Source of the DNA: Auanema rhodensis
Lineage: Eukaryota; Animalia; Nematoda
Assembly: GCA_964057225.1 (NCBI GenBank)
Contig: OZ059895.1
Coordinates: 806,001 to 870,000 of the forward strand
Length of the DNA stretch: 64,000 nt
Direction of reading: 5' to 3'
Shown here: in pieces, positions 20,217 through 35,200 of the stretch
How the letters are laid out: each line of letters starts with the position of its first letter
How positions within the stretch are numbered: position 1 is the first letter of the stretch
Notes under the pieces: generated by a model
Told to the model about the DNA's origin: nothing
The model's database searches: none
Seen by the model: only the letters and a program-made list of their open reading frames with translations
Made by a program: the position numbers and the translations under genes

Positions 20217-23200
20217 ATCTGATAACACAGATCGACGCAGCTTAAAAATCCGCATCGAATGCACTATACTACATTGAGAAACGCTTAATACAAAAATTTG
20301 TTATGATCGTTTGAAAAATGATGCATTAGTGTATGTTGAGTTTCCATGTACACTCAACATTGCTTCCAAAAACATTTTGACAAAAATTTTTTCGAAACAT
20401 TTCAAAATAATTTAGCAAAAAGTAGATGTTTTTAGATTCCTTTTTTCAAGGCAAAGACGATGGACAATGTTATTCAACGAAAAAATTAATTCTTCAGGGT
20501 GAAAATCGAGGATATAAGTGTGAACTTATATCAGTTGATATCTCGGTGCATTTTTAAGCTAGCGCAAATCTGATAACACAGATCGACGCAGCTTAAAAAT
20601 CCGCATCGAATGCACTATACTACATTGAGAAACGCTTAATACAAAAATTAGTTATGATCGTTTGAAAAATGATGCATTAGTGTATGTTGAGTTTCCATGT
20701 ACACTCAACATTGCTTCCAAAAACATTTTGACAAAAATTTTTTCGAAAAATTTCAAAATAATTTAGCAAAAAGTAGATGTTTTTAGATTTCATTTTTCAA
20801 GGCAAAGACGATAGACAATGTTATTCAACGAAAAAATTAATTCTTCAGGGTGAAAATCGAGGATATAAGTGTGAACTTATATCAGTTGATATCTCGGTGC
20901 ATTTTTAAGCTAGCGCAAATCTGATAACACAGATCGACGCAGCTTAAAAATCCGCATCGAATGCACTATACTACATTGAGAAACGCTTAATACAAAAATT
21001 AGTTATGATCGTTTGAAAAATGATGCATTAGTGTATGTTGAGTTTCCATGTACACTCAACATTGCTTCCAAAAACATTTTGACAAAAATTTTTTCGAAAA
21101 ATTTCAAAATAATTTAGCAAAAAGTAGATGTTTTTAGATTCCTTTTTTCAAGGCAAAGACGATGGACAATGTTATTCAACGAAAAAATTAATTCTTCAGG
21201 GTAAAAATCGAGGATATAAGTGTGAACTTATATCAGTTGATATCTCGGTGCATTTTTAAGCTAGCGCAAATCTGATAACACAAATCGACGCAGCTTAAAA
21301 ATCCGCATCGAATGCACTATACTACATTGAGAAACGCTTAATACAAAAATTAGTTATGATCGTTTGAAAAATGATGCATTAGTGTATGTTGAGTTTCCAT
21401 GTACACTCAACATTGCTTCCAAAAACATTTTGACAAAAATTTTTTCGAAAAATTTCAAAATAATTTAGCAAAAAGTAGATGTTTTTAGATTTCATTTTTC
21501 AAGGCAAAGACGATAGACAATGTTATTCAACGAAAAAATTAATTCTTCAGGGTAAAAATCGAGGATATAAGTGTGAACTTATATCAGTTGATATCTCGGT
21601 GCATTTTTAAGCTAGCGCAAATCTGATAACACAAATCGACGCAGCTTAAAAATCCGCATCGAATGCACTATACTACATTGAGAAACGCTTAATACAAAAA
21701 TTAGTTATGATCGTTTGAAAAATGATGCATTAGTGTATGTTGAGTTTCCATATACACTTAACATTGCTTCCAAAAACATTTTGACAAAAATTTTTTCGAA
21801 AAATTTCAAAATAATTTAGCAAAAAGTAGATGTTTTTAGATTTCATTTTTCAAGGCAAAGACGATAGACAATGTTATTCAACGAAAAAATTAATTCTTCA
21901 GGGTGAAAATCGAGGATATAAGTGTGAACTTATATCAGTTGATATCTCGGTGCATTTTTAAGCTAGCGCAAATCTGATAACACAGATCGACGCAGCTTAA
22001 AAATCCGCATCGAATGCACTATACTACATTGAGAAACGCTTAATACAAAAATTTGTTATGATCGTTTGAAAAATGATGCATTAGTGTATGTTGAGTTTCC
22101 ATGTACACTCAACATTGCTTCCAAAAACATTTTGACAAAAATTTTTTCGAAAAATTTCAAAATAATTTAGCAAAAAGTAGATGTTTTTAGATTTCATTTT
22201 TCAAGGCAAAGACGATAGACAATGTTATTCAACGAAAAAATTAATTCTTCAGGGTGAAAATCGAGGATATAAGTGTGAACTTATATCAGTTGATATCTCG
22301 GTGCATTTTTAAGCTAGCGCAAATCTGATAACACAGATCGACGCAGCTTAAAAATCCGCATCGAATGCACTATACTACATTGAGAAACGCTTAATACAAA
22401 AATTTGTTATGATCGTTTGAAAAATGATGCATTAGTGTATGTTGAGTTTCCATGTACACTCAACATTGCTTCCAAAAACATTTTGACAAAAATTTTTTCG
22501 AAACATTTCAAAATAATTTAGCAAAAAGTAGATGTTTTTAGATTCCTTTTTTCAAGGCAAAGACGATGGACAATGTTATTCAACGAAAAAATTAATTCTT
22601 CAGGGTGAAAATCAAGGATATAAGTGTGAACTTATATCAGTTGATATCTCGGTGCATTTTTAAGCTAGCGCAAATCTGATAACACAGATCGACGCAGCTT
22701 AAAAATCCGCATCGAATGCACTATACTACATTGAGAAACGCTTAATACAAAAATTAGTTATGATCGTTTGAAAAATGATGCATTAGTGTATGTTGAGTTT
22801 CCATGTACACTCAACATTGCTTCCAAAAACATTTTGACAAAAATTTTTTCGAAAAATTTCAAAATAATTTAGCAAAAAGTAGATGTTTTTAGATTTAATT
22901 TTTCAAGGCAAAGACGATAGACAATGTTATTCAACGAAAAAATTAATTCTTCAGGGTGAAAATCGAGGATATAAGTGTGAACTTATATCAGTTGATATCT
23001 CGGTGCATTTTTAAGCTAGCGCAAATCTGATAACACAGATCGACGCAGCTTAAAAATCCGCATCGAATGCACTATACTACATTGAGAAACGCTTAATACA
23101 AAAATTAGTTATGATCGTTTGAAAAATGATGCATTAGTGTATGTTGAGTTTCCATGTACACTCAACATTGCTTCCAAAAACATTTTGACAAAAATTTTTT

Positions 23201-26200
23201 CGAAAAATTTCAAAATAATTTAGCAAAAAGTAGATGTTTTTAGATTCCTTTTTTCAAGGCAAAGACGATGGACAATGTTATTCAACGAAAAAATTAATTC
23301 TTCAGGGTAAAAATCGAGGATATAAGTGTGAACTTATATCAGTTGATATCTCGGTGCATTTTTAAGCTAGCGCAAATCTGATAACACAAATCGACGCAGC
23401 TTAAAAATCCGCATCGAATGCACTATACTACATTGAGAAACGCTTAATACAAAAATTAGTTATGATCGTTTGAAAAATGATGCATTAGTGTATGTTGAGT
23501 TTCCATGTACACTCAACATTGCTTCCAAAAACATTTTGACAAAAATTTTTTCGAAAAATTTCAAAATAATTTAGCAAAAAGTAGATGTTTTTAGATTTCA
23601 TTTTTCAAGGCAAAGACGATAGACAATGTTATTCAACGAAAAAATTAATTCTTCAGGGTGAAAATCGAGGATATAAGTGTGAACTTATATCAGTTGATAT
23701 CTCGGTGCATTTTTAAGCTAGCGCAAATCTGATAACACAGATCGACGCAGCTTAAAAATCCGCATCGAATGCACTATACTACATTGAGAAACGCTTAATA
23801 CAAAAATTAGTTATGATCGTTTGAAAAATGATGCATTAGTGTATGTTGAGTTTCCATGTACACTCAACATTGCTTCCAAAAACATTTTGACAAAAATTTT
23901 TTCGAAAAATTTCAAAATAATTTAGCAAAAAGTAGATGTTTTTAGATTCCTTTTTTCAAGGCAAAGACGATGGACAATGTTATTCAACGAAAAAATTAAT
24001 TCTTCAGGGTAAAAATCGAGGATATAAGTGTGAACTTATATCAGTTGATATCTCGGTGCATTTTTAAGCTAGCGCAAATCTGATAACACAAATCGACGCA
24101 GCTTAAAAATCCGCATCGAATGCACTATACTACATTGAAAAACGCTTAATACAAAAATTAGTTATGATCGTTTGAAAAATGATGCATTAGTGTATGTTGA
24201 GTTTCCATGTACACTCAACATTGCTTCCAAAAACATTTTGACAAAAATTTTTTCGAAAAATTTCAAAATAATTTAGCAAAAAGTAGATGTTTTTAGATTT
24301 CATTTTTCAAGGCAAAGACGATAGACAATGTTATTCAACGAAAAAATTAATTCTTCAGGGTGAAAATCGAGGATATAAGTGTGAACTTATATCAGTTGAT
24401 ATCTCGGTGCATTTTTAAGCTAGCGCAAATCTGATAACACAAATCGACGCAGCTTAAAAATCCGCATCGAATGCACTATACTACATTGAGAAACGCTTAA
24501 TACAAAAATTAGTTATGATCGTTTGAAAAATGATGCATTAGTGTATGTTGAGTTTCCATGTACACTCAACATTGCTTCCAAAAACATTTTGACAAAAATT
24601 TTTTCGAAAAATTTCAAAATAATTTAGCAAAAAGTAGATGTTTTTAGATTTCATTTTTCAAGGCAAAGACGATAGACAATGTTATTCAACGAAAAAATTA
24701 ATTCTTCAGGGTGAAAATCGAGGATATAAGTGTGAACTTATATCAGTTGATATCTCGGTGCATTTTTAAGCTAGCGCAAATCTGATAACACAAATCGACG
24801 CAGCTTAAAAATCCGCATCGAATGCACTATACTACATTGAGAAACGCTTAATACAAAAATTAGTTATGATCGTTTGAAAAATGATGCATTAGTGTATGTT
24901 GAGTTTCCATGTACACTCAACATTGCTTCCGAAAACATTTTGACAAAAATTTTTTCGAAAAATTTCAAAATAATTTAGCAAAAAGTAGATGTTTTTAGAT
25001 TTCATTTTTCAAGGCAAAGACGATAGACAATGTTATTCAACGAAAAAATTAATTCTTCAGGGTGAAAATCGAGGATATAAGTGTGAACTTATATCAGTTG
25101 ATATCTCGGTGCATTTTTAAGCTAGCGCAAATCTGATAACACAGATCGACGCAGCTTAAAAATCCGCATCGAATGCACTATACTACATTGAGAAACGCTT
25201 AATACAAAAATTTGTTATGATCGTTTGAAAAATGATGCATTAGTGTATGTTGAGTTTCCATGTACACTCAACATTGCTTCCAAAAACATTTTGACAAAAA
25301 TTTTTTCGAAACATTTCAAAATAATTTAGCAAAAAGTAGATGTTTTTAGATTCCTTTTTTCAAGGCAAAGACGATGGACAATGTTATTCAACGAAAAAAT
25401 TAATTCTTCAGGGTGAAAATCGAGGATATAAGTGTGAACTTATATCAGTTGATATCTCGGTGCATTTTTAAGCTAGCGCAAATCTGATAACACAAATCGA
25501 CGCAGCTTAAAAATCCGCATCGAATGCACTATACTACATTGAGAAACGCTTAATACAAAAATTAGTTATGATCGTTTGAAAAATGATGCATTAGTGTATG
25601 TTGAGTTTCCATGTACACTCAACATTGCTTCCAAAAACATTTTGACAAAAATTTTTTCGAAAAATTTCAAAATAATTTAGCAAAAAGTAGATGTTTTTAG
25701 ATTTCATTTTTCAAGGCAAAGACGATAGACAATGTAATTCAACGAAAAAATTAATTCTTCAGGGTGAAAATCGAGGATATAAGTGTGAACTTATATCAGT
25801 TGATATCTCGGTGCATTTTTAAGTTAGCGCAAATCTGATAACACAGATCGACGCAGCTTAAAAATCCGCATCGAATGCACTATACTACATTGAGAAACGC
25901 TTAATACAAAAATTTGTTATGATCGTTTGAAAAATGATGCATTAGTGTATGTTGAGTTTCCATGTACACTCAACATTGCTTCCAAAAACATTTTGACAAA
26001 AATTTTTTCGAAACATTTCAAAATAATTTAGCAAAAAGTAGATGTTTTTAGATTCCTTTTTTCAAGGCAAAGACGATGGACAATGTTATTCAACGAAAAA
26101 ATTAATTCTTCAGGGTGAAAATCGAGGATATAAGTGTGAACTTATATCAGTTGATATCTCGGTGCATTTTTAAGCTAGCGCAAATCTGATAACACAGATC

Positions 26201-29200
26201 GACGCAGCTTAAAAATCCGCATCGAATGCACTATACTACATTGAGAAACGCTTAATACAAAAATTAGTTATGATCGTTTGAAAAATGATGCATTAGTGTA
26301 TGTTGAGTTTCCATGTACACTCAACATTGCTTCCAAAAACATTTTGACAAAAATTTTTTCGAAAAATTTCAAAATAATTTAGCAAAAAGTAGATGTTTTT
26401 AGATTTCATTTTTCAAGGCAAAGACGATAGACAATGTTATTCAACGAAAAAATTAATTCTTCAGGGTGAAAATCGAGGATATAAGTGTGAACTTATATCA
26501 GTTGATATCTCGGTGCATTTTTAAGCTAGCGCAAATCTGATAACACAGATCGACGCAGCTTAAAAATCCGCATCGAATGCACTATACTACATTGAGAAAC
26601 GCTTAATACAAAAATTAGTTATGATCGTTTGAAAAATGATGCATTAGTGTATGTTGAGTTTCCATGTACACTCAACATTGCTTCCAAAAACATTTTGACA
26701 AAAATTTTTTCGAAAAATTTCAAAATAATTTAGCAAAAAGTAGATGTTTTTAGATTTCATTTTTCAAGGCAAAGACGATAGACAATGTTATTCAACGAAA
26801 AAATTAATTCTTCAGGGTGAAAATCGAGGATATAAGTGTGAACTTATATCAGTTGATATCTCGGTGCATTTTTAAGCTAGCGCAAATCTGATAACACAAA
26901 TCGACGCAGCTTAAAAATCCGCATCGAATGCACTATACTACATTGAGAAACGCTTAATACAAAAATTAGTTATGATCGTTTGAAAAATGATGCATTAGTG
27001 TATGTTGAGTTTCCATGTACACTCAACATTGCTTCCAAAAACATTTTGACAAAAATTTTTTCGAAACATTTCAAAATAATTTAGCAAAAAGTAGATGTTT
27101 TTAGATTCCTTTTTTCAAGGCAAAGACGATGGACAATGTTATTCAACGAAAAAATTAATTCTTCAGGGTGAAAATCGAGGATATAAGTGTGAACTTATAT
27201 CAGTTGATATCTCGGTGCATTTTTAAGCTAGCGCAAATCTGATAACACAGATCGACGCAGCTTAAAAATCCGCATCGAATGCACTATACTACATTGAGAA
27301 ACGCTTAGTACAAAAATTAGTTATGATCGTTTGAAAAATGATGCATTAGTGTATGTTGAGTTTCCATGTACACTCAACATTGCTTCCAAAAACATTTTGA
27401 CAAAAATTTTTTCGAAAAATTTCAAAATAATTTAGCAAAAAGTAGATGTTTTTAGATTTCATTTTTCAAGGCAAAGACGATAGACAATGTTATTCAACGA
27501 AAAAATTAATTCTTCAGGGTGAAAATCGAGGATATAAGTGTGAACTTATATCAGTTGATATCTCGGTGCATTTTTAAGCTAGCGCAAATCTGATAACACA
27601 GATCGACGCAGCTTAAAAATCCGCATCGAATGCACTATACTACATTGAGAAACGCTTAATACAAAAATTAGTTATGATCGTTTGAAAAATGATGCATTAG
27701 TGTATGTTGAGTTTCCATGTACACTCAACATTGCTTCCAAAAACATTTTGACAAAAATTTTTTCGAAAAATTTCAAAATAATTTAGCAAAAAGTAGATGT
27801 TTTTAGATTTCATTTTTTAAGGCAAAGACGATAGACAATGTTATTCAACGAAAAAATTAATTCTTCAGGGTGAAAATCGAGGATATAAGTGTGAACTTAT
27901 ATCAGTTGATATCTCGGAGCATTTTTAAGCTAGCGCAAATCTGATAACACAGATCGACGCAGCTTAAAAATCCGCATCGAATGCACTATACTACATTGAG
28001 AAACGCTTAATACAAAAATTTGTTATGATCATTTGAAAAATGATGCATTAGTGTATGTTGAGTTTCCATGTACACTCAACATTGCTTCCAAAAACATTTT
28101 GACAAAAATTTTTTCGAAACATTTCAAAATAATTTAGCAAAAAGTAGATGTTTTTAGATTCCTTTTTTCAAGGCAAAGACGATGGACAATGTTATTCAAC
28201 GAAAAAATCAATTCTTCAGGGTGAAAATCGAGGATATAAGTGTGAACTTATATCAGTTGATATCTCGGTGCATTTTTAAGCTAGCGCAAATCTGATAACA
28301 CAGATCGACGCAGCTTAAAAATCCGCATCGAATGCACTATACTACATTGAGAAACGCTTAATACAAAAATTAGTTATGATCGTTTGAAAAATGATGCATT
28401 AGTGTATGTTGAGTTTCCATGTACACTCAACATTGCTTCCAAAAACATTTTGACAAAAATTTTTTCGAAAAATTTCAAAATAATTTAGCAAAAAGTAGAT
28501 GTTTTTAGATTTCATTTTTCAAGGCAAAGACGATAGACAATGTTATTCAACGAAAAAATTAATTCTTCAGGGTGAAAATCGAGGATATAAGTGTGAACTT
28601 ATATCAGTTGATATCTCGGTGCATTTTTAAGCTAGCGCAAATCTGATAACACAGATCGACGCAGCTTAAAAATCCGCATCGAATGCACTATACTACATTG
28701 AGAAACGCTTAATACAAAAATTAGTTATGATCATTTGAAAAATGATGCATTAGTGTATGTTGAGTTTCCATGTACACTCAACATTGCTTCCAAAAACATT
28801 TTGACAAAAATTTTTTCGAAAAATTTCAAAATAATTTAGCAAAAAGTAGATGTTTTTAGATTTCATTTTTCAAGGCAAAGACGATAGACAATGTTATTCA
28901 ACGAAAAAATTAATTCTTCAGGGTAAAAATCGAGGATATAAGTGTGAACTTATATCAGTTGATATCTCGGTGCATTTTTAAGCTAGCGCAAATCTGATAA
29001 CACAGATCGACGCAGCTTAAAAATCCGCATCGAATGCACTATACTACATTGAGAAACGCTTAATACAAAAATTAGTTATGATCGTTTGAAAAATGATGCA
29101 TTAGTGTATGTTGAGTTTCCATGTACACTCAACATTGCTTCCAAAAACATTTTGACAAAAATTTTTTCGAAAAATTTCAAAATAATTTAGCAAAAAGTAG

Positions 29201-32200
29201 ATGTTTTTAGATTTCATTTTTCAAGGCAAAGACGATAGACAATGTTATTCAACGAAAAAATTAATTCTTCAGGGTGAAAATCGAGGATATAAGTGTGAAC
29301 TTATATCAGTTGATATCTCGGTGCATTTTTAAGCTAGCGCAAATCTGATAACACAAATCGACGCAGCTTAAAAATCCGCATCGAATGCACTATACTACAT
29401 TGAGAAACGCTTAATACAAAAATTAGTTATGATCGTTTGAAAAATGATGCATTAGTGTATGTTGAGTTTCCATGTACACTCAACATTGCTTCCAAAAACA
29501 TTTTGACAAAAATTTTTTCGAAACATTTCAAAATAATTTAGCAAAAAGTAGATGTTTTTAGATTCCTTTTTTCAAGGCAAAGACGATGGACAATGTTATT
29601 CAACGAAAAAATTAATTCTTCAGGGTGAAAATCGAGGATATAAGTGTGAACTTATATCAGTTGATATCTCGGTGCATTTTTAAGCTAGCGCAAATCTGAT
29701 AACACAGATCGACGCAGCTTAAAAATCCGCATCGAATGCACTATACTACATTGAGAAACGCTTAATACAAAAATTTGTTATGATCGTTTGAAAAATGATG
29801 CATTAGTGTATGTTGAGTTTCCATGTACACTCAACATTGCTTCCAAAAACATTTTGACAAAAATTTTTTCGAAACATTTCAAAATAATTTAGCAAAAAGT
29901 AGATGTTTTTAGATTCCTTTTTTCAAGGCAAAGACGATGGACAATGTTATTCAACGAAAAAATTAATTCTTCAGGGTGAAAATCGAGGATATAAGTGTGA
30001 ACTTATATCAGTTGATATCTCGGTGCATTTTTAAGCTAGCGCAAATCTGATAACACAGATCGACGCAGCTTAAAAATCCGCATCGAATGCACTATACTAC
30101 ATTGAGAAACGCTTAATACAAAAATTTGTTATGATCGTTTGAAAAATGATGCATTAGTGTATGTTGAGTTTCCATGTACACTCAACATTGCTTCCAAAAA
30201 CATTTTGACAAAAATTTTTTCGAAACATTTCAAAATAATTTAGCAAAAAGTAGATGTTTTTAGATTCCTTTTTTCAAGGCAAAGACGATGGACAATGTTA
30301 TTCAACGAAAAAATTAATTCTTCAGGGTGAAAATCGAGGATATAAGTGTGAACTTATATCAGTTGATATCTCGGTGCATTTTTAAGCTAGCGCAAATCTG
30401 ATAACACAAATCGACGCAGCTTAAAAATCCGCATCGAATGCACTATACTACATTGAGAAACGCTTAATACAAAAATTAGTTATGATCGTTTGAAAAATGA
30501 TGCATTAGTGTATGTTGAGTTTCCATGTACACTCAACATTGCTTCCAAAAACATTTTGACAAAAATTTTTTCGAAACATTTCAAAATAATTTAGCAAAAA
30601 GTAGATGTTTTTAGATTCCTTTTTTCAAGGCAAAGACGATGGACAATGTTATTCAACGAAAAAATTAATTCTTCAGGGTGAAAATCGAGGATATAAGTGT
30701 GAACTTATATCAGTTGATATCTCGGTGCATTTTTAAGCTAGCGCAAATCTGATAACACAAATCGACGCAGCTTAAAAATCCGCATCGAATGCACTATACT
30801 ACATTGAGAAATGCTTAATACAAAAATTAGTTATGATCGTTTGAAAAATGATGCATTAGTGTATGTTGAGTTTCCATGTACACTCAACATTGCTTCCAAA
30901 AACATTTTGACAAAAATTTTTTCGAAAAATTTCAAAATAATTTAGCAAAAAGTAGATGTTTTTAGATTTCATTTTTCAAGGCAAAGACGATAGACAATGT
31001 TATTCAACGAAAAAATTAATTCTTCAGGGTGAAAATCGAGGATATAAGTGTGAACTTATATCAGTTGATATCTCGGTGCATTTTTAAGCTAGCGCAAATC
31101 TGATAACACAGATCGACGCAGCTTAAAAATCCGCATCGAATGCACTATACTACATTGAGAAACGCTTAATACAAAAATTTGTTATGATCGTTTGAAAAAT
31201 GATGCATTAGTGTATGTTGAGTTTCCATGTACACTCAACATTGCTTCCAAAAACATTTTGACAAAAATTTTTTCGAAACATTTCAAAATAATTTAGCAAA
31301 AAGTAGATGTTTTTAGATTCCTTTTTTCAAGGCAAAGACGATGGACAATGTTATTCAACGAAAAAATTAATTCTTCAGGGTGAAAATCGAGGATATAAGT
31401 GTGAACTTATATCAGTTGATATCTCGGTGCATTTTTAAGCTAGCGCAAATCTGATAACACAAATCGACGCAGCTTAAAAATCCGCATCGAATGCACTATA
31501 CTACATTGAGAAACGCTTAATATAAAAATTGGTTATGATCGTTTGAAAAATGATGCATTAGTGTATGTTGAGTTTCCATGTACACTCAACATTGCTTCCA
31601 AAAACATTTTGACAAAAATTTTTTCGAAAAATTTCAAAATAATTTAGCAAAAAGTAGATGTTTTTAGATTTCATTTTTCAAGGCAAAGACGATAGACAAT
31701 GTTATTCAACGAAAAAATTAATTCTTCAGGGTGAAAATCGAGGATATAAGTGTGAACTTATATCAGTTGATATCTCGGTGCATTTTTAAGCTAGCGCAAA
31801 TCTGATAACACAGATCGACGCAGCTTAAAAATCCGCATCGAATGCACTATACTACATTGAGAAACGCTTAATACAAAAATTTGTTGTGATCGTTTGAAAA
31901 ATGATGCATTAGTGTATGTTGAGTTTCCATGTACACTCAACATTGCTTCCAAAAACATTTTGACAAAAATTTTTTCGAAACATTTCAAAATAATTTAGCA
32001 AAAAGTAGATGTTTTTAGATTCCTTTTTTCAAGGCAAAGACGATGGACAATGTTATTCAACGAAAAAATTAATTCTTTAGGGTGAAAATCGAGGATATAA
32101 GTGTGAACTTATATCAGTTGATATCTCGGTGCATTTTTAAGCTAGCGCAAATCTGATAACACAAATCGACGCAGCTTAAAAATCCGCATCGAATGCACTA

Positions 32201-35200
32201 TACTACATTGAGAAACGCTTAATACAAAAATTAGTTATGATCGTTTGAAAAATGATGCATTAGTGTATGTTGAGTTTCCATGTACACTCAACATTGCTTC
32301 CAAAAACATTTTGACAAAAATTTTTTCGAAACATTTCAAAATAATTTAGCAAAAAGTAGATGTTTTTAGATTCCTTTTTTCAAGGCAAAGACGATGGACA
32401 ATGTTATTCAACGAAAAAATTAATTCTTCAGGGTGAAAATCGAGGATATAAGTGTGAACTTATATCAGTTGATATCTCGGTGCATTTTTAAGCTAGCGCA
32501 AATCTGATAACACAAATCGACGCAGCTTAAAAATCCGCATCGAATGCACTATACTACATTGAGAAACGCTTAATAAAAAAAATTAGTTATGATCGTTTGA
32601 AAAATGATGCATTAGTGTATGTTGAGTTTCCATGTACACTCAACATTGCTTCCAAAAACATTTTGACAAAAATTTTTTCGAAAAATTTCAAAATAATTTA
32701 GCAAAAAGTAGATGTTTTTAGATTTCATTTTTCAAGGCAAAGACGATAGACAATGTTATTCAACGAAAAAATTAATTCTTCAGGGTGAAAATCGAGGATA
32801 TAAGTGTGAACTTATATCAGTTGATATCTCGGTGCATTTTTAAGCTAGCGCAAATCTGATAACACAAATCGACGCAGCTTAAAAATCCGCATCGAATGCA
32901 CTATACTACATTGAGAAACGCTTAATACAAAAATTTGTTATGATCGTTTGAAAAATGATGCATTAGTGTATGTTGAGTTTCCATGTACACTCAACATTGC
33001 TTCCAAAAACATTTTGACAAAAATTTTTTCGAAACATTTCAAAATAATTTAGCAAAAAGTAGATGTTTTTAGATTCCTTTTTTCAAGGCAAAGACGATGG
33101 ACAATGTTATTCAACGAAAAAATTAATTCTTCAGGGTGAAAATCGAGGATATAAGTGTGAACTTATATCAGTTGATATCTCGGTGCATTTTTAAGCTAGC
33201 GCAAATCTGATAACACAGATCGACGCAGCTTAAAAATCCGCATCGAATGCACTATACTACATCGAGAAACGCTTAATACAAAAATTTGTTATGATCGTTT
33301 GAAAAATGATGCATTAGTGTATGTTGAGTTTCCATGTACACTCAACATTGCTTCCAAAAACATTTTGACAAAAATTTTTTCGAAACATTTCAAAATAATT
33401 TAGCAAAAAGTAGATGTTTTTAGATTCCTTTTTTCAAGGCAAAGACGATGGACAATGTTATTCAACGAAAAAATTAATTCTTCAGGGTGAAAATCGAGGA
33501 TATAAGTGTGAACTTATATCAGTTGATATCTCGGTGCATTTTTAAGCTAGCGCAAATCTGATAACACAAATCGACGCAGCTTAAAAATCCGCATCGAATG
33601 CACTATACTACATTGAGAAACGCTTAATACAAAAATTAGTTATGATCGTTTGAAAAATGATGCATTAGTGTATGTTGAGTTTCCATGTACACTCAACATT
33701 GCTTCCAAAAACATTTTGACAAAAATTTTTTCGAAACATTTCAAAATAATTTAGCAAAAAGTAGATGTTTTTAGATTCCTTTTTTCAAGGCAAAGACGAT
33801 GGACAATGTTATTCAACGAAAAAATTAATTCTTCAGGGTGAAAATCGAGGATATAAGTGTGAACTTATATCAGTTGATATCTCGGTGCATTTTTAAGCTA
33901 GCGCAAATCTGATAACACAAATCGACGCAGCTTAAAAATCCGCATCGAATGCACTATACTACATTGAGAAATGCTTAATACAAAAATTAGTTATGATCGT
34001 TTGAAAAATGATGCATTAGTGTATGTTGAGTTTCCATGTACACTCAACATTGCTTCCAAAAACATTTTGACAAAAATTTTTTCGAAAAATTTCAAAATAA
34101 TTTAGCAAAAAGTAGATGTTTTTAGATTTCATTTTTCAAGGCAAAGACGATAGACAATGTTATTCAACGAAAAAATTAATTCTTCAGGGTGAAAATCGAG
34201 GATATAAGTGTGAACTTATATCAGTTGATATCTCGGTGCATTTTTAAGCTAGCGCAAATCTGATAACACAGATCGACGCAGCTTAAAAATCCGCATCGAA
34301 TGCACTATACTACATTGAGAAACGCTTAATACAAAAATTTGTTATGATCGTTTGAAAAATGATGCATTAGTGTATGTTGAGTTTCCATGTACACTCAACA
34401 TTGCTTCCAAAAACATTTTGACAAAAATTTTTTCGAAACATTTCAAAATAATTTAGCAAAAAGTAGATGTTTTTAGATTCCTTTTTTCAAGGCAAAGACG
34501 ATGGACAATGTTATTCAACGAAAAAATTAATTCTTCAGGGTGAAAATCGAGGATATAAGTGTGAACTTATATCAGTTGATATCTCGGTGCATTTTTAAGC
34601 TAGCGCAAATCTGATAACACAAATCGACGCAGCTTAAAAATCCGCATCGAATGCACTATACTACATTGAGAAACGCTTAATATAAAAATTGGTTATGATC
34701 GTTTGAAAAATGATGCATTAGTGTATGTTGAGTTTCCATGTACACTCAACATTGCTTCCAAAAACATTTTGACAAAAATTTTTTCGAAAAATTTCAAAAT
34801 AATTTAGCAAAAAGTAGATGTTTTTAGATTTCATTTTTCAAGGCAAAGACGATAGACAATGTTATTCAACGAAAAAATTAATTCTTCAGGGTGAAAATCG
34901 AGGATATAAGTGTGAACTTATATCAGTTGATATCTCGGTGCATTTTTAAGCTAGCGCAAATCTGATAACACAGATCGACGCAGCTTAAAAATCCGCATCG
35001 AATGCACTATACTACATTGAGAAACGCTTAATACAAAAATTTGTTGTGATCGTTTGAAAAATGATGCATTAGTGTATGTTGAGTTTCCATGTACACTCAA
35101 CATTGCTTCCAAAAACATTTTGACAAAAATTTTTTCGAAACATTTCAAAATAATTTAGCAAAAAGTAGATGTTTTTAGATTCCTTTTTTCAAGGCAAAGA

